Origin: a virus
Lineage: Duplodnaviria; Caudoviricetes
DNA length: 64,000 nucleotides
Virus record (IMG/VR): IMGVR_UViG_2657245709_000001
Coordinates: 10,096-74,095 of that record
Strand: one strand, 5' to 3'
A model generated the notes under the pieces. That model ran no database searches. It worked only from the letters and a program-made list of their open reading frames with translations, and was not told the origin of the DNA. Positions 44,528 through 53,303 of the stretch are shown here, piece by piece (the first letter of the stretch is position 1; every line of letters begins with the position of its first letter). The position numbers and the translations under genes were made by a program.

Positions 44528-45331
44528 TCAGGCAGCGGGTGCGCCCTGTGCCCGCTCCGTGGCCAGCGCCTGGTGCCGGTCGTTGCTGCGTCGGGCCCCA
44601 TCAGGGCCTACTGCAGCAGTCAGGGCCCGGCATCGCAGTTCCGCCCACAGTGCGACGGCAGCCGGGTCGGCGGCACGCCACGCGGGTACGGTGCTGGCCC
44701 AAGCGCTGGCGCCGGCCGCAGTGTGGCCGTCCTCGATGAGCCGGATGGCGGTTTCGGCGGTGTCGGCCCAGGCGGGGCCGCGTGCGGCGAGCGCCCAGTC
44801 GACCAGCCAGATACGGGTGCTGTCGGCGAGGAGGTTGTGGGGGTTGATGTCGCCGTGGACGAGGTGGGTTCCGTGCAACTGCTCAAGCTCCCCTGGCGTG
44901 GCGTGTGCGGCCCACTGGTCGGACCAGGAGGGGAGGTGAGGTGTGCTGGGGGCCGGCAGCTCGGCGGCGGTGAGGAGGTCGGCGACGGCGGCGAGGTGCG
45001 GGGAGCCGGGGGTGAGGTCGGCGTGGAGGCCGTCGACGGCGTGGAAGGCGATCAGGTCCCAGTCCCAGGAGGAGCAGGAGGAGGTGGTGCGCCACAGGAG
45101 TGCGGGCGCCGCGGGGCCGGTGTGGGGTGCGACGGCGGCTTCTCGGTCATGGCCGGCGGAGTGCCCCCGGGTGGCCTTCACGAAGAGTGCTCCGCTGCCG
45201 GTGTCGAGGACGGCTGCAGCGTGGCAGTTGAACCCGGCGGTGATGTCGCGTACGGCGGTGATGGTCCCGTGCCGGGTCGTCACGGCGTCGTGGATGTGGG
45301 CCGGGAGCCCGGCCCACGGGATGTGGGTCAC
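44528..45331 (-). CDS. APH/choline-kinase-like phosphotransferase
   Basis: FVK, RE, 'HGDINPHN', 'VDW' kinase motifs; GTG overlaps the upstream TGA. Confidence 0.88.
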   Translation of the reverse strand: MTHIPWAGLPAHIHDAVTTRHGTITAVRDITAGFNCHAAAVLDTGSGALFVKATRGHSAGHDREAAVAPHTGPAAPALLWRTTSSCSSWDWDLIAFHAVDGLHADLTPGSPHLAAVADLLTAAELPAPSTPHLPSWSDQWAAHATPGELEQLHGTHLVHGDINPHNLLADSTRIWLVDWALAARGPAWADTAETAIRLIEDGHTAAGASAWASTVPAWRAADPAAVALWAELRCRALTAAVGPDGARRSNDRHQALATERAQGAPAA

Positions 45332-45405
45332 TGCTGGGTGGCCCCGCATTTGCGGCAGCGGTTCGCGCCGCTCCACTGGACCCATTCGTGATCGCATTCG
45401 GCCAT
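45328..45405 (-). CDS. 25-aa Cys/His micropeptide coupled to the kinase
   Basis: GAAAGGA RBS 8 nt upstream; MAECDHEWVQWSGANRCRKCGATQQ*. Confidence 0.6.
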   Translation of the reverse strand: MAECDHEWVQWSGANRCRKCGATQQ

Positions 45406-45643
45406 GGCGGGCATCCTTTCGTGCTGGTACGGGCGGCACTGTAGTGGTGGCGGGGGCGTGCCGGGAGGGCGCACGGAGGCGTGGACGGCTCGGTCCGGCT
45501 CCCTGTTCGTTCGTCTCGAACGCTCGGCAACGCGAGCGCTACGGGTGTCACAGCCAGGTGACGAGGCACCGGTTCGTCGTCGACGGCTGGGGCTGCGGGT
45601 GGATGCTCGCTGCTCCGAAGTTGATCTGAATCGAGGGGGCGTC

Positions 45644-45889
45644 ATGTTGACGAGACTGAGGGCCGCAGTTGCGGGAGCGCTGCTGGCGGGAGCGCTGCTG
45701 GCGCCGGTGGCCGTGGCGACGGATGCGGTGGCAGCTACCTGTGCCCGGCACACGACGGGGGTGTGCCGGGCGAACTCGCCGCACCCGCGCGGGGCGATGG
45801 CGCGGTGCAAGGACGGCAGCTACTCCTACAGCGCTCACGCGCGGGGGACCTGCTCGAGGCACCACGGCGTGCGGTACTGGTACCGGTAG
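45644..45889 (+). CDS. Secreted DUF3761-like protein
   Basis: Signal peptide; 'ARCKDGSYSYSAHARGTCSRHHGV'. Confidence 0.8.
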   Translation: MLTRLRAAVAGALLAGALLAPVAVATDAVAATCARHTTGVCRANSPHPRGAMARCKDGSYSYSAHARGTCSRHHGVRYWYR

Positions 45890-45917
45890 CCGTCGCTGCT
45901 CGGGAAGTCTTCGGCCT

Positions 45918-45953
45918 GCTGCGCCCCGCCTCTTCGGGAGGACGGGGCGCAGC
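45918..45953. terminator. Bidirectional terminator hairpin between convergent genes
   Basis: GCTGCGCCCCG ... CGGGGCGCAGC. Confidence 0.65.
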
Positions 45954-45970
45954 GGCGTTCGCAGGTACTC

Positions 45971-46303
45971 CTACTCCGTCATCTGCCTCTGCGCCGCCAG
46001 GAGGGTGGTCACCGTGGCGCCCTTGAGCGTGGTGGACATGGCCTCGACGAGGGCGTCCGCGGCCTCGGGCCCGTGCGTGGCCGCGACGTGCCGGACTCCG
46101 GCGACGATCGCCTCGGCGAAGGCCGCGGCGCCCGCGGCCAGGTTCGCTTTCCCTTGCGGGAGGTGGGCGGCGAGGGCGTGGTCGGTGGCGGTGCCCTGGT
46201 GGATCTGCATGGCCTGGATGAAGGCGCTGCGGCGGGGGTTGGTCATGCCGTCAGGGTCCCAGCCGGAGGGCGTGGGCATGCGCACTTCCAGGAGCTTCGG
46301 CAC
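45971..46303 (-). CDS. Hypothetical protein
   Basis: ORF at the end of the early operon. Confidence 0.6.
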   Translation of the reverse strand: MPKLLEVRMPTPSGWDPDGMTNPRRSAFIQAMQIHQGTATDHALAAHLPQGKANLAAGAAAFAEAIVAGVRHVAATHGPEAADALVEAMSTTLKGATVTTLLAAQRQMTE

Positions 46304-46304
46304 C

Positions 46305-46523
46305 TCAGAGCGGCCAGCCGGTGACGGGCGGGCGTTCGCCGACGGCCGCGACGTAGGAGATGACGTCGTCGACCTCGTCGGCCGACGTGTCGTCGAGGTC
46401 GACGGTGGCGGCGCCGAGGGCGGGGATGAGGCCGGGCTGGATTTCCCCGGTGGCGTAGAAGCGGCTGATGGGTCCGCCGTCGCGGATCGGGCGGACGATG
46501 GCGCGGATTTGGGTCTCGGTCAC
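46305..46523 (-). CDS. Hypothetical protein
   Basis: GGGGAG RBS. Confidence 0.6.
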   Translation of the reverse strand: MTETQIRAIVRPIRDGGPISRFYATGEIQPGLIPALGAATVDLDDTSADEVDDVISYVAAVGERPPVTGWPL

Positions 46524-46576
46524 AGGTACTCCCCCGTGGTCGTGGTGGCGAGTTGGGTGGCGGCGGGGTCGGGTGG

Positions 46577-46807
46577 TCAGGCGGGGCCGACGTAGCGGTA
46601 GCCGGTGCTGGTCGGCCGGAAGCGGTCGAGGCGGATCCGCGTGCGTCGACCCGGCTTGGAGCCGCGGTGGCCGACGCTGCGGAGCACGACGAGTTCGACG
46701 ATCGCGTGAGTGCCGTCGATCTCGGTGATGCGCACCTTGCGTCCGTGGCTGCGCGGGTCGTTGTCCTGCCAGATCTGGTCGATTGCGGGGGCGGGTGTGT
46801 CGGTCAC
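46577..46807 (-). CDS. Small SH3-like phage protein
   Basis: GAGGAG RBS; 'QIWQDNDPRS..R.VRI...RTRIRLDRFRPTSTGY'. Confidence 0.7.
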   Translation of the reverse strand: MTDTPAPAIDQIWQDNDPRSHGRKVRITEIDGTHAIVELVVLRSVGHRGSKPGRRTRIRLDRFRPTSTGYRYVGPA

Positions 46808-46860
46808 GTGTTTCTCCTCGCTGGGGCCCGGCCGATGGGCCCAGTCAAGCGGTCGAGTGG

Positions 46861-47052
46861 TCAGACGGTGGGCTCGGTTCCGTCGAAGGCGCTCGGGGCT
46901 GGGGCCTCGTAGTTGCCGTCCGCTCCGTTGCGGTCGCGGACTCCGCAGCAGCGCTCGCGCACGCGCTTGATGGCTGCTTGCGCCGCCTCCAGCTCGGCGC
47001 GCTGCGCTTCCTCGTCGTCGGCCGGGCGCTGCTCCGGGATGGGCGGGGTCAT
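46861..47052 (-). CDS. Small hypothetical protein
   Basis: GGAGG RBS, overlap with the upstream gene. Confidence 0.5.
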   Translation of the reverse strand: MTPPIPEQRPADDEEAQRAELEAAQAAIKRVRERCCGVRDRNGADGNYEAPAPSAFDGTEPTV

Positions 47053-47249
47053 GGGCCCTCCAGGGTTGTGCAGTGGTCGCCGTGGGTGATCTGGCGGTGC
47101 AGGGTGCGCACGCGGCGGACGGAGCGGGCGTAGCTGATGGCGGTGCAGAGGGCGATGACGCCCGCGGTGACGAACGTCAGTAGACCGCCTGCGATGCAGA
47201 GGAGGGCGGCCAGGACGAGGAGGCCGGGGCCGGCGGACAGGTCATGCAT
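47049..47249 (-). CDS. Small membrane protein
   Basis: MHDLSAGPGLLVLAALL... hydrophobic; start approximate. Confidence 0.5.
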   Translation of the reverse strand: MHDLSAGPGLLVLAALLCIAGGLLTFVTAGVIALCTAISYARSVRRVRTLHRQITHGDHCTTLEGP

Positions 47250-48597
47250 CGCGCACCACGTCCTCGCCCTCGCCCAGCGCCAGGAGTCGGACGTGCCCGC
47301 GCATCCGCTCGTACTTCTGCTCCGTGTCGTGCCCGTCCCACTGCGCCCGCTCATCGTCGGCGTTGACGGGCGTCACGTGCTGGACGAGGTCGGCGTCGCG
47401 CGGGTGGATGTGCCAGGACATCTGCCGTCCGCCGACGGTCAGGTAGAGGAGCTGCCAGCCCTCCTGGTCCTCGACGTCCAGGGCGGGGGTGCGGACGGCG
47501 TTCGCGGGGTGGAGGGCGGCGAGCCAGGCGAGGAGCTGCGCGCGCTCGCGGTATGCGGCGTCGCGCTCGGCCTCCGCGCGGCTGAGGTGGCAGGCGTAGC
47601 ACCAGTCCGCGCAGGGGAGTTGCTCGGTGCTTCCGTCGGGGTTGCGGAGACTGAAGCGGATGTGGTTGTTCATGCCGCGGTCGATGAAGGCCAGCCAGTG
47701 AGCGGTCTCTGTGCGAGCGGCTTCGACGTCGCGGATCTCTGCGTCGATGAGGGTGCGCAGGAGGTGGCTGTCTTCGGGGGTGAGGCTGTGGGTGGCGCGA
47801 GCGGCGAGCAGCCGCATGGTGTGACGGCGGCCGTCGGGGTTGTCCTCGTCCGAGGGAAGCGGGGTGATCGCGGTGTGCAGCTCGGCGAGTCGGGCGTCCC
47901 ACCACCGGGCCATGGAGACGCCGAGCGGCGGTGCTCCGGCGGCGATCCACCGCTCGTACAGGGCGACGACCCGGGCGTCCGGTGTCAGCGGTGTGGACGA
48001 CGGGGGCGTGGCGTCGAGTTGGCGGACGAGCTCGAGGCGGGCCGCGTCATCGATGCCGGGGCGGGGAGTGACCAGAGACTCGCGGAGGGCGGCGAGGCGT
48101 TGTTCGGCGTCGCCGTCGCAGCGGTGCTCGGGGCCACCCCAGGTGCGGAGGCATGCCTTGCACCATGCCTCCGCGTCGTCGATGTCGAGGTACTCCTCCA
48201 GGACGGCGAGCGCCGTGGCGGAGGCCTTCTCCGCGTCGAATCCGGCTTCCTGTCCGTGGCCACTGCTGCAGGCCGTCTTCAGCGCGGTGGCAAGGCGATC
48301 CTGGAGGGGGTGCGTCGGGTCGGGTGCGGGGCGTGCCTGGATGGTGCAGGGGTCGATGGTGATGGTGCGGTGTTCCGTCTGTGGGGAGCCGCCGGTGGTG
48401 ACCTTCCGCCAGGCGCTGCCGTCCTCGTCGTCGAGGTAGAAGGTGTGGCTTGCGTAGGTGACTTCGACGACATCGCGGAGGGTGCCGGTGAGGTGCCGGG
48501 CCCAGTAGGCGGGGAAGGCGGTGTTGTCGGTGACGACGGCTCGGAGGCGGCGAGCGGTGCAGGGGTCGCCGTTCCAGCGGGTCTCGGTCATGGTCAT
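47242..48597 (-). CDS. Mosaic multi-domain phage protein with C-terminal WDGH-motif domain
   Basis: 'YRER..L...L', 'GRQMSWH', 'WDGH...KYER'. Confidence 0.7.
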   Translation of the reverse strand: MTMTETRWNGDPCTARRLRAVVTDNTAFPAYWARHLTGTLRDVVEVTYASHTFYLDDEDGSAWRKVTTGGSPQTEHRTITIDPCTIQARPAPDPTHPLQDRLATALKTACSSGHGQEAGFDAEKASATALAVLEEYLDIDDAEAWCKACLRTWGGPEHRCDGDAEQRLAALRESLVTPRPGIDDAARLELVRQLDATPPSSTPLTPDARVVALYERWIAAGAPPLGVSMARWWDARLAELHTAITPLPSDEDNPDGRRHTMRLLAARATHSLTPEDSHLLRTLIDAEIRDVEAARTETAHWLAFIDRGMNNHIRFSLRNPDGSTEQLPCADWCYACHLSRAEAERDAAYRERAQLLAWLAALHPANAVRTPALDVEDQEGWQLLYLTVGGRQMSWHIHPRDADLVQHVTPVNADDERAQWDGHDTEQKYERMRGHVRLLALGEGEDVVRDA

Positions 48598-49097
48598 CCC
48601 TCGGTGCGGGGTGTGGTTGCTTCAGCGGCCGGCTCGGTGAGGATGTGCGGGGTGTGTCCCCATAGGGCTTCGACGTGGTTGGCGGTGACGGGGACGTCTC
48701 GGTAGGGCTTGCCGGGCAGTGGTTCGCCGGTCTGGGCAGCCCACCAGCCGGCGCAGACCATCGCGCCGAGGGGCAGCCCGCGGAACGTCGCGACGGGGGT
48801 GTATGCGCCGGTGGCGGAGATGGGCAGTCCCTGGTGGCAGAAGAACGGCTCGTTCTCGGGGAGCTGCGCGCCGAGGGCTTCGCGTTCGGGCGAGCCGGGC
48901 CGGTAGGCGCAGTCGGCGCACGGGGTGCGCATGACGGCGGGTGGGCGTGGGGCGCGGTCTGCGGGGCCGCACGGGTCGTCGGTGAGTCCCTCACCCGTGC
49001 AGTGGTGGCATCGCTCACCGAGGGACTCGTCGGGGTCGGGGAGTCGTCCGCCTACGCAGAAGGGGCACTTGAAGGGCGTGATCCGGAGGTCTGTCAC
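48594..49097 (-). CDS. Cys-rich hypothetical protein
   Basis: CPFC, CHHC, PCADC.YR, F.CH, CAGW. Confidence 0.65.
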   Translation of the reverse strand: MTDLRITPFKCPFCVGGRLPDPDESLGERCHHCTGEGLTDDPCGPADRAPRPPAVMRTPCADCAYRPGSPEREALGAQLPENEPFFCHQGLPISATGAYTPVATFRGLPLGAMVCAGWWAAQTGEPLPGKPYRDVPVTANHVEALWGHTPHILTEPAAEATTPRTEG

Positions 49098-49188
49098 CTG
49101 GCTGCTCCGCCGAAGCGGCTGGTGGTGCCGCAGTAGGGGCCGTTGGAGCCGTCTTCGTCATCGTCTTCGGGTACGGGCTCGCGGGTGA

Positions 49189-49392
49189 TCATGAGGTCTC
49201 CTCGTCAGCGAAGTGGACGGTTCCCGCGTGGAGTTCGCCGACGTGGGTGATGTCGGTGGCTCCCCCGAGGCCCTGGTCGGGGAGGTCGAAGATGACGCGG
49301 CCGGAGGGGAACTCCACTCCGTGGAGGTCGGGTTGGTCCGGGGCGCGGATGACGAAGCGTCGGGCGTACTGGATCTGATCGGGCTGCTGCAC
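49189..49392 (-). CDS. Small hypothetical protein
   Basis: GTG 49392 with AGGAG RBS; 'RRF...GVEFPSGRV'. Confidence 0.6.
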   Translation of the reverse strand: MQQPDQIQYARRFVIRAPDQPDLHGVEFPSGRVIFDLPDQGLGGATDITHVGELHAGTVHFADEETS

Positions 49393-49454
49393 AGTTCTGC
49401 TCCTGGTAGGTAGTGGCGGCGGCGTGGGGCTTTGCGGCTGATGAGGGTGGGCCG

Positions 49455-50006
49455 TCATCGGGCGCGGTTGCGCTGGATGGCTCGGGCGAGGAGGAATACC
49501 TCGGCGGGGATGGGTTTCTGGGTGTTGCGGTGGCTGCCGAGGATCTGCGCGAGGAGTCGCGCGGCGACGGGGTCGAGGAGGCCGGCGAGGACTCCTGGTG
49601 GGCCGCTGACGGCGTTGCCGACACCGTTCGTGAACCAGAGCCCCCGCTCGGCGTTCTCGGAGTGCCAGTAGGGGTTGGTGACGATCTCGTGGCTGGTGGC
49701 CGCTGCGAGGGTGCGGAGCTCCCTGGCTGCGGTGTCGCAGGTCTCGAGGGGCGTGGGACCTTCGGGAGCGCCCTGGTGCTGGGCAGGTCCGGCGGACTGG
49801 GTGAGGTAGAAGACGTTCGACGCCGGCGTCGGCGAGGTGCCGGAGTGGCCGGGGCAGAAGTCCTGGCCGCTGGGGTGGGTGCGCCAGCCGAGGCCGCGGC
49901 CGATCCCGCGTGCTTCCGTGATGCTGGGCGCGTCGGTGTAGAGGCGCACCGTGCAGGCGCCGTCGGCCCATGAGCGGTTGCAGTGGAGGGTGATGGTGGT
50001 GCTCAC
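49455..50006 (-). CDS. Hypothetical protein
   Basis: 'C..C...AR..GW...DFCP.H' N-terminal module. Confidence 0.65.
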   Translation of the reverse strand: MSTTITLHCNRSWADGACTVRLYTDAPSITEARGIGRGLGWRTHPSGQDFCPGHSGTSPTPASNVFYLTQSAGPAQHQGAPEGPTPLETCDTAARELRTLAAATSHEIVTNPYWHSENAERGLWFTNGVGNAVSGPPGVLAGLLDPVAARLLAQILGSHRNTQKPIPAEVFLLARAIQRNRAR

Positions 50007-50377
50007 CGGCCGCCCTCCGTCTGCCGCCCGGCGGGCTGCACAGAGCCGTTGAGGGTGGCCCGGGAGTTGTCGACGATCACCGTGGAGGGGAGCTTTTCGA
50101 GCGTCTCCCGGTCCGGGTGCCGGTCCAGGACCGGGGTGGTGCCGAGGAGGGCTCGGGCGAACTGGACGGCGGGCTCGTCGTCGGGGCGATCGATCCGGGC
50201 GCCCAGGAGCGAGAGCCGTTCCTGTTCTTCCTCGAGCCAGGTCGTCAGCGGGTCACGGAGTCGCATGAGGGCGGCGAGGTAGATGAGGAGGTGCTCGCTG
50301 TTGCTGTCGACGCGTCCTCGGGGTTGGGGTGCTCGGAGGAGGGTGATCGCGTTGTCGATGTCGGCAAGTGGGTGCAT
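50003..50377 (-). CDS. Hypothetical protein
   Basis: GAAAGG RBS. Confidence 0.6.
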   Translation of the reverse strand: MHPLADIDNAITLLRAPQPRGRVDSNSEHLLIYLAALMRLRDPLTTWLEEEQERLSLLGARIDRPDDEPAVQFARALLGTTPVLDRHPDRETLEKLPSTVIVDNSRATLNGSVQPAGRQTEGGR

Positions 50378-50447
50378 CGGGTGGGCCTTTCACGCCGGGG
50401 AAGGGGCGGGGGCGCGGCTCGTGCGCGCCCCGCGAGAGGGGCTTTTG

Positions 50448-50849
50448 TCAGGCTCGGGGCGCGGCGGGCTGGAGGATGGCGAGGACGTCACGGGCCGCGG
50501 CGTGGTACGCCTCGTGGTCCACGGCCGTGAGGCTCGAGTACGGGATGGACTGACGTCCGGTTGCCTGGTCGTGGGCGGCGAGGGTGCGGGCGACGTCGTC
50601 GAGGGACGGCTGGGCGGGGCGCTCGCGCTCGTAGCTCACGATGATCTCGTCGACACCGGGCCAGAAGGCGACCGCGCCTTCGGGGATCGTGGCGTCCGCG
50701 GGGAGTTGGTGGTCGGCGCGGTAGGAGCGGATGGCGTCCTGCCAGGCGGCGTTGACGGCGGTGTGGTTGGCGCCGTGCGTTTGGTCGACGGGGACTACGA
50801 ACTCACGCCGGGTGTACGAGATAGCACGCTGCGTGTGCGACTGAGGCAT
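50448..50849 (-). CDS. Hypothetical protein
   Basis: GGAG RBS. Confidence 0.6.
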   Translation of the reverse strand: MPQSHTQRAISYTRREFVVPVDQTHGANHTAVNAAWQDAIRSYRADHQLPADATIPEGAVAFWPGVDEIIVSYERERPAQPSLDDVARTLAAHDQATGRQSIPYSSLTAVDHEAYHAAARDVLAILQPAAPRA

Positions 50850-50889
50850 GGCAACTCCACTGTCAGATAGAGGTTGTTGGCGGTTTGGG

Positions 50890-51075
50890 TCAGGTGCGGG
50901 AGTGGTCTGGTCGAGGACGCGGCAGGGTCTGGGGCATCCTGCGGCGGGCGGCGCGGGCGGCGCGGGCGGCGAAGAAGAGAGCGAGAGCGCCCGCGGTGAC
51001 GAGCAGCGCGATGGCGACGGTTGCGAGGGCGGCCCAGCCGATGAGCGCGCCGACGAAGATGAATAGGCCGTTCAC
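50890..51075 (-). CDS. Small membrane protein
   Basis: Hydrophobic N-terminus, basic tail; overlap with the upstream gene. Confidence 0.55.
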   Translation of the reverse strand: MNGLFIFVGALIGWAALATVAIALLVTAGALALFFAARAARAARRRMPQTLPRPRPDHSRT

Positions 51076-52748
51076 TCGACGCTGCCGGATTCGTCGGTGA
51101 TGCCCGGGCCGTTGTGGTCAAGCAGCTCGGGCCCGAGCCGGGCCGGATCGGCAGGCCTGGCGAGCAGGCGCTGCAGTCGGCCGACAACCGCGCGGGCCTC
51201 TTCGGGGCTGGCCACGAGGACGCGCACTTCGTCGACCAGGTCGACGGCGAGGTCACGCTCTCGGCGAAGCCGGGCCTGTTCAGCGTCCGCGACCTTGAGC
51301 ACGGCGTCAGCGCACTGCACGTAGAGGTGTTGCTCCGGGTCACGGTCCCACCTCGAGACCGCTGTGGCGTACAACTCGCGGCGGGCAAAGGCGTCCGGTG
51401 TCCTGGGCTCTGGCTGTTCCGCCTCGGCGGCCAGGCTGTGCAGCATGGCGGCGGGGTCGCCGGTGTGCTGGGCTACGGCGTTGGCTGCCTCGTGGAGCAT
51501 CGCCGCCTTGTAGGTGGGCAGCAGGGCCAGCAGCGCGGCGGCGGCCAGGCCGACGTCGACGGTGATGGTGCGGCAGGCGTCGGCCGCGCTCACCCCCAGG
51601 GCGTGGACGGGGCACTCGGGGTGTGTGACTGTGCCTCCGCATTCGCACGACCTGGCTTCATACCTGCGCCGCGCCGCGCGGACGATCTCCTGCACAAGGT
51701 CGGGGTCCTGACCGGGCAGGCCACTGACGGAGACTGGTTCGTCGTCGACGACGGTTCGGCACAGGTCCGGGATCTCCACCTCGGGCTGGGTGTCGGGCGT
51801 CAGAGCGAAGCCCGCCTGGCGGACCCCAGCCGCGCGCGACACGGCGTCGGTGATGATGCGTCCGGCCTGCTCGGTCCAGGCGCTGACGCAGGAGAGGACC
51901 GCGTCGATACCGCCGACCTGGGCTTCACGGGTGTCGGCGTAGAGGTGGAGGCGGTCGAGGATCTCGCGGTAGATGTCGGCGCGGACCGCGACCGCGTACG
52001 GCCGCTCCGCGGCGGCGGCCAGCGCGCGGATCGCGGCGTCGGCGTCGGCGCCGTAGGCCACCCGGTCGTGCGGGTGGGCGTCGGCCCAGGTACGGCCGCG
52101 GTTCCAGTGGGCGTAGAGGGTGCCGGCGACGAGGTCCCGCAGTTCCGCGTGCGGGCGGACAACCTGCGTGCGGGCGGCGTCGTACAGGTCACGGACCCAG
52201 CGGGCGTCTCCGAGCGCGGTGTGCGCGACGTCGTCGGCGGGCGGTTCGACTCCGAGGGTGCGGGAGAGGGTGCGGGAGGACCAGGGCAGGGGGCCTGCGG
52301 CCTCGAGGCCGGTGCGGGCCGCGGCGAGCTGGACGATGTCGTAGGGGCGGTAGTGCCACTGGGCGCGGCCGGGGCCGAGGAGGCGGCGCAGGTGCCGGTC
52401 GTCGAACCCGGGGTTGGAGCCGATGACCACGGTGCCGGACAGGAGGCTGGTGATGGCGGTGACCACCTCCGCGCGGGTCATGGCCACGAGGGCTTCGCTG
52501 CCGTCGCCGGTGTAGGCGGCCTCGGCGTGCGGGGGCACGGCGAAGCGCTCCAGGTAGCGGCCGATCTGAAGGGCCTCGCGGTCGGCGGTGGCGAGGCTGG
52601 GGCGGATCTGCCACACGTACTCGGTGTCGGTGTGGTGGCCACCCTCGAACTCTCTGAGGATCACGGCGACCTCCCAGGCGACACCGATCTCGGCGTCGAG
52701 GTGGGTGGTCTCGCAGTCCACGAAAGCCAGCGGCATCATGCTCGGCAC
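51072..52748 (-). CDS. DEDDh 3'-5' exonuclease with long mosaic C-terminal extension
   Basis: 'FVDCETT', 'GSNPGFD', 'HTALGDA'. Confidence 0.85.
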   Translation of the reverse strand: MPSMMPLAFVDCETTHLDAEIGVAWEVAVILREFEGGHHTDTEYVWQIRPSLATADREALQIGRYLERFAVPPHAEAAYTGDGSEALVAMTRAEVVTAITSLLSGTVVIGSNPGFDDRHLRRLLGPGRAQWHYRPYDIVQLAAARTGLEAAGPLPWSSRTLSRTLGVEPPADDVAHTALGDARWVRDLYDAARTQVVRPHAELRDLVAGTLYAHWNRGRTWADAHPHDRVAYGADADAAIRALAAAAERPYAVAVRADIYREILDRLHLYADTREAQVGGIDAVLSCVSAWTEQAGRIITDAVSRAAGVRQAGFALTPDTQPEVEIPDLCRTVVDDEPVSVSGLPGQDPDLVQEIVRAARRRYEARSCECGGTVTHPECPVHALGVSAADACRTITVDVGLAAAALLALLPTYKAAMLHEAANAVAQHTGDPAAMLHSLAAEAEQPEPRTPDAFARRELYATAVSRWDRDPEQHLYVQCADAVLKVADAEQARLRRERDLAVDLVDEVRVLVASPEEARAVVGRLQRLLARPADPARLGPELLDHNGPGITDESGSVE

Positions 52749-52784
52749 AGGGAGAATTCCGTTTCATTCAGGGTGAGTTGACCG

Positions 52785-52886
52785 TCACCAGCGGGTGCGG
52801 GAGGCCAGGAGCAGACATCCGGCGGCGAGACCGAGACCGAGACCGGTCAGGGCCAGGAGGCCGGGGAGCTGCGGCACCGGCCTCAC
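52785..52886 (-). CDS. 33-aa hydrophobic peptide (not in ORF track)
   Basis: MRPVPQLPGLLALTGLGLGLAAGCLLLASRTRW*; accounts for the GAGACC x3 repeat. Confidence 0.4.
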   Translation of the reverse strand: MRPVPQLPGLLALTGLGLGLAAGCLLLASRTRW

Positions 52887-52895
52887 GGGCTGATC

Positions 52896-53303
52896 TCAAT
52901 CCGGGTGAAGGGGACGCGGGCGGTCAGCAAGCCGGGGAACGCCAGCCGCAAGGTGGTCGGCGCGGTCGGCTGCGGCCAGAAGAGCCATCGCCAGACGCCG
53001 GGCATCCGAGGGGTGCATGGACACGAAGTCGAGTTCGCGTTCCCAGTCGTAGATGACGTAGGGATCGGGCTGCGCGACGTACACGCAGTCGCGGGTCTCA
53101 GCCTCATCCACGGCGCGCACGACCCAGAGCGGTGGCCGTGCGGCGAACGGCGCTTGCTGGTCGACACGCCATTCGAGTCCGGGCATCGAGTGGTCCGGCG
53201 GGTTGATGAGGTCCGGCTTCGGGCGTTCGGCGCTGTCGGCGATGGCTACGAGGTGGCGTAGTTCGCGGCGGAGTTGGGCGAGCGTCAGGTCGTCTGCGGC
53301 CAC
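52896..53303 (-). CDS. Hypothetical protein
   Basis: GTG 53303 with GGAGG RBS; 'ARRLAMALLAAAD'. Confidence 0.6.
   Translation of the reverse strand: MAADDLTLAQLRRELRHLVAIADSAERPKPDLINPPDHSMPGLEWRVDQQAPFAARPPLWVVRAVDEAETRDCVYVAQPDPYVIYDWERELDFVSMHPSDARRLAMALLAAADRADHLAAGVPRLADRPRPLHPD

Noticed and set aside
44528-45331. Aminoglycoside resistance gene
   Set aside because: Only the generic APH/kinase fold motifs are visible; nothing indicates an antibiotic substrate.
52785-52886. LALTG in the 33-aa peptide (and in the 36110-36277 peptide) as further sortase signals
   Set aside because: The motif lies inside the hydrophobic helix without proper spacer-TM-basic tail geometry. It is probably chance, and a caution that LAxTG alone is weak evidence.
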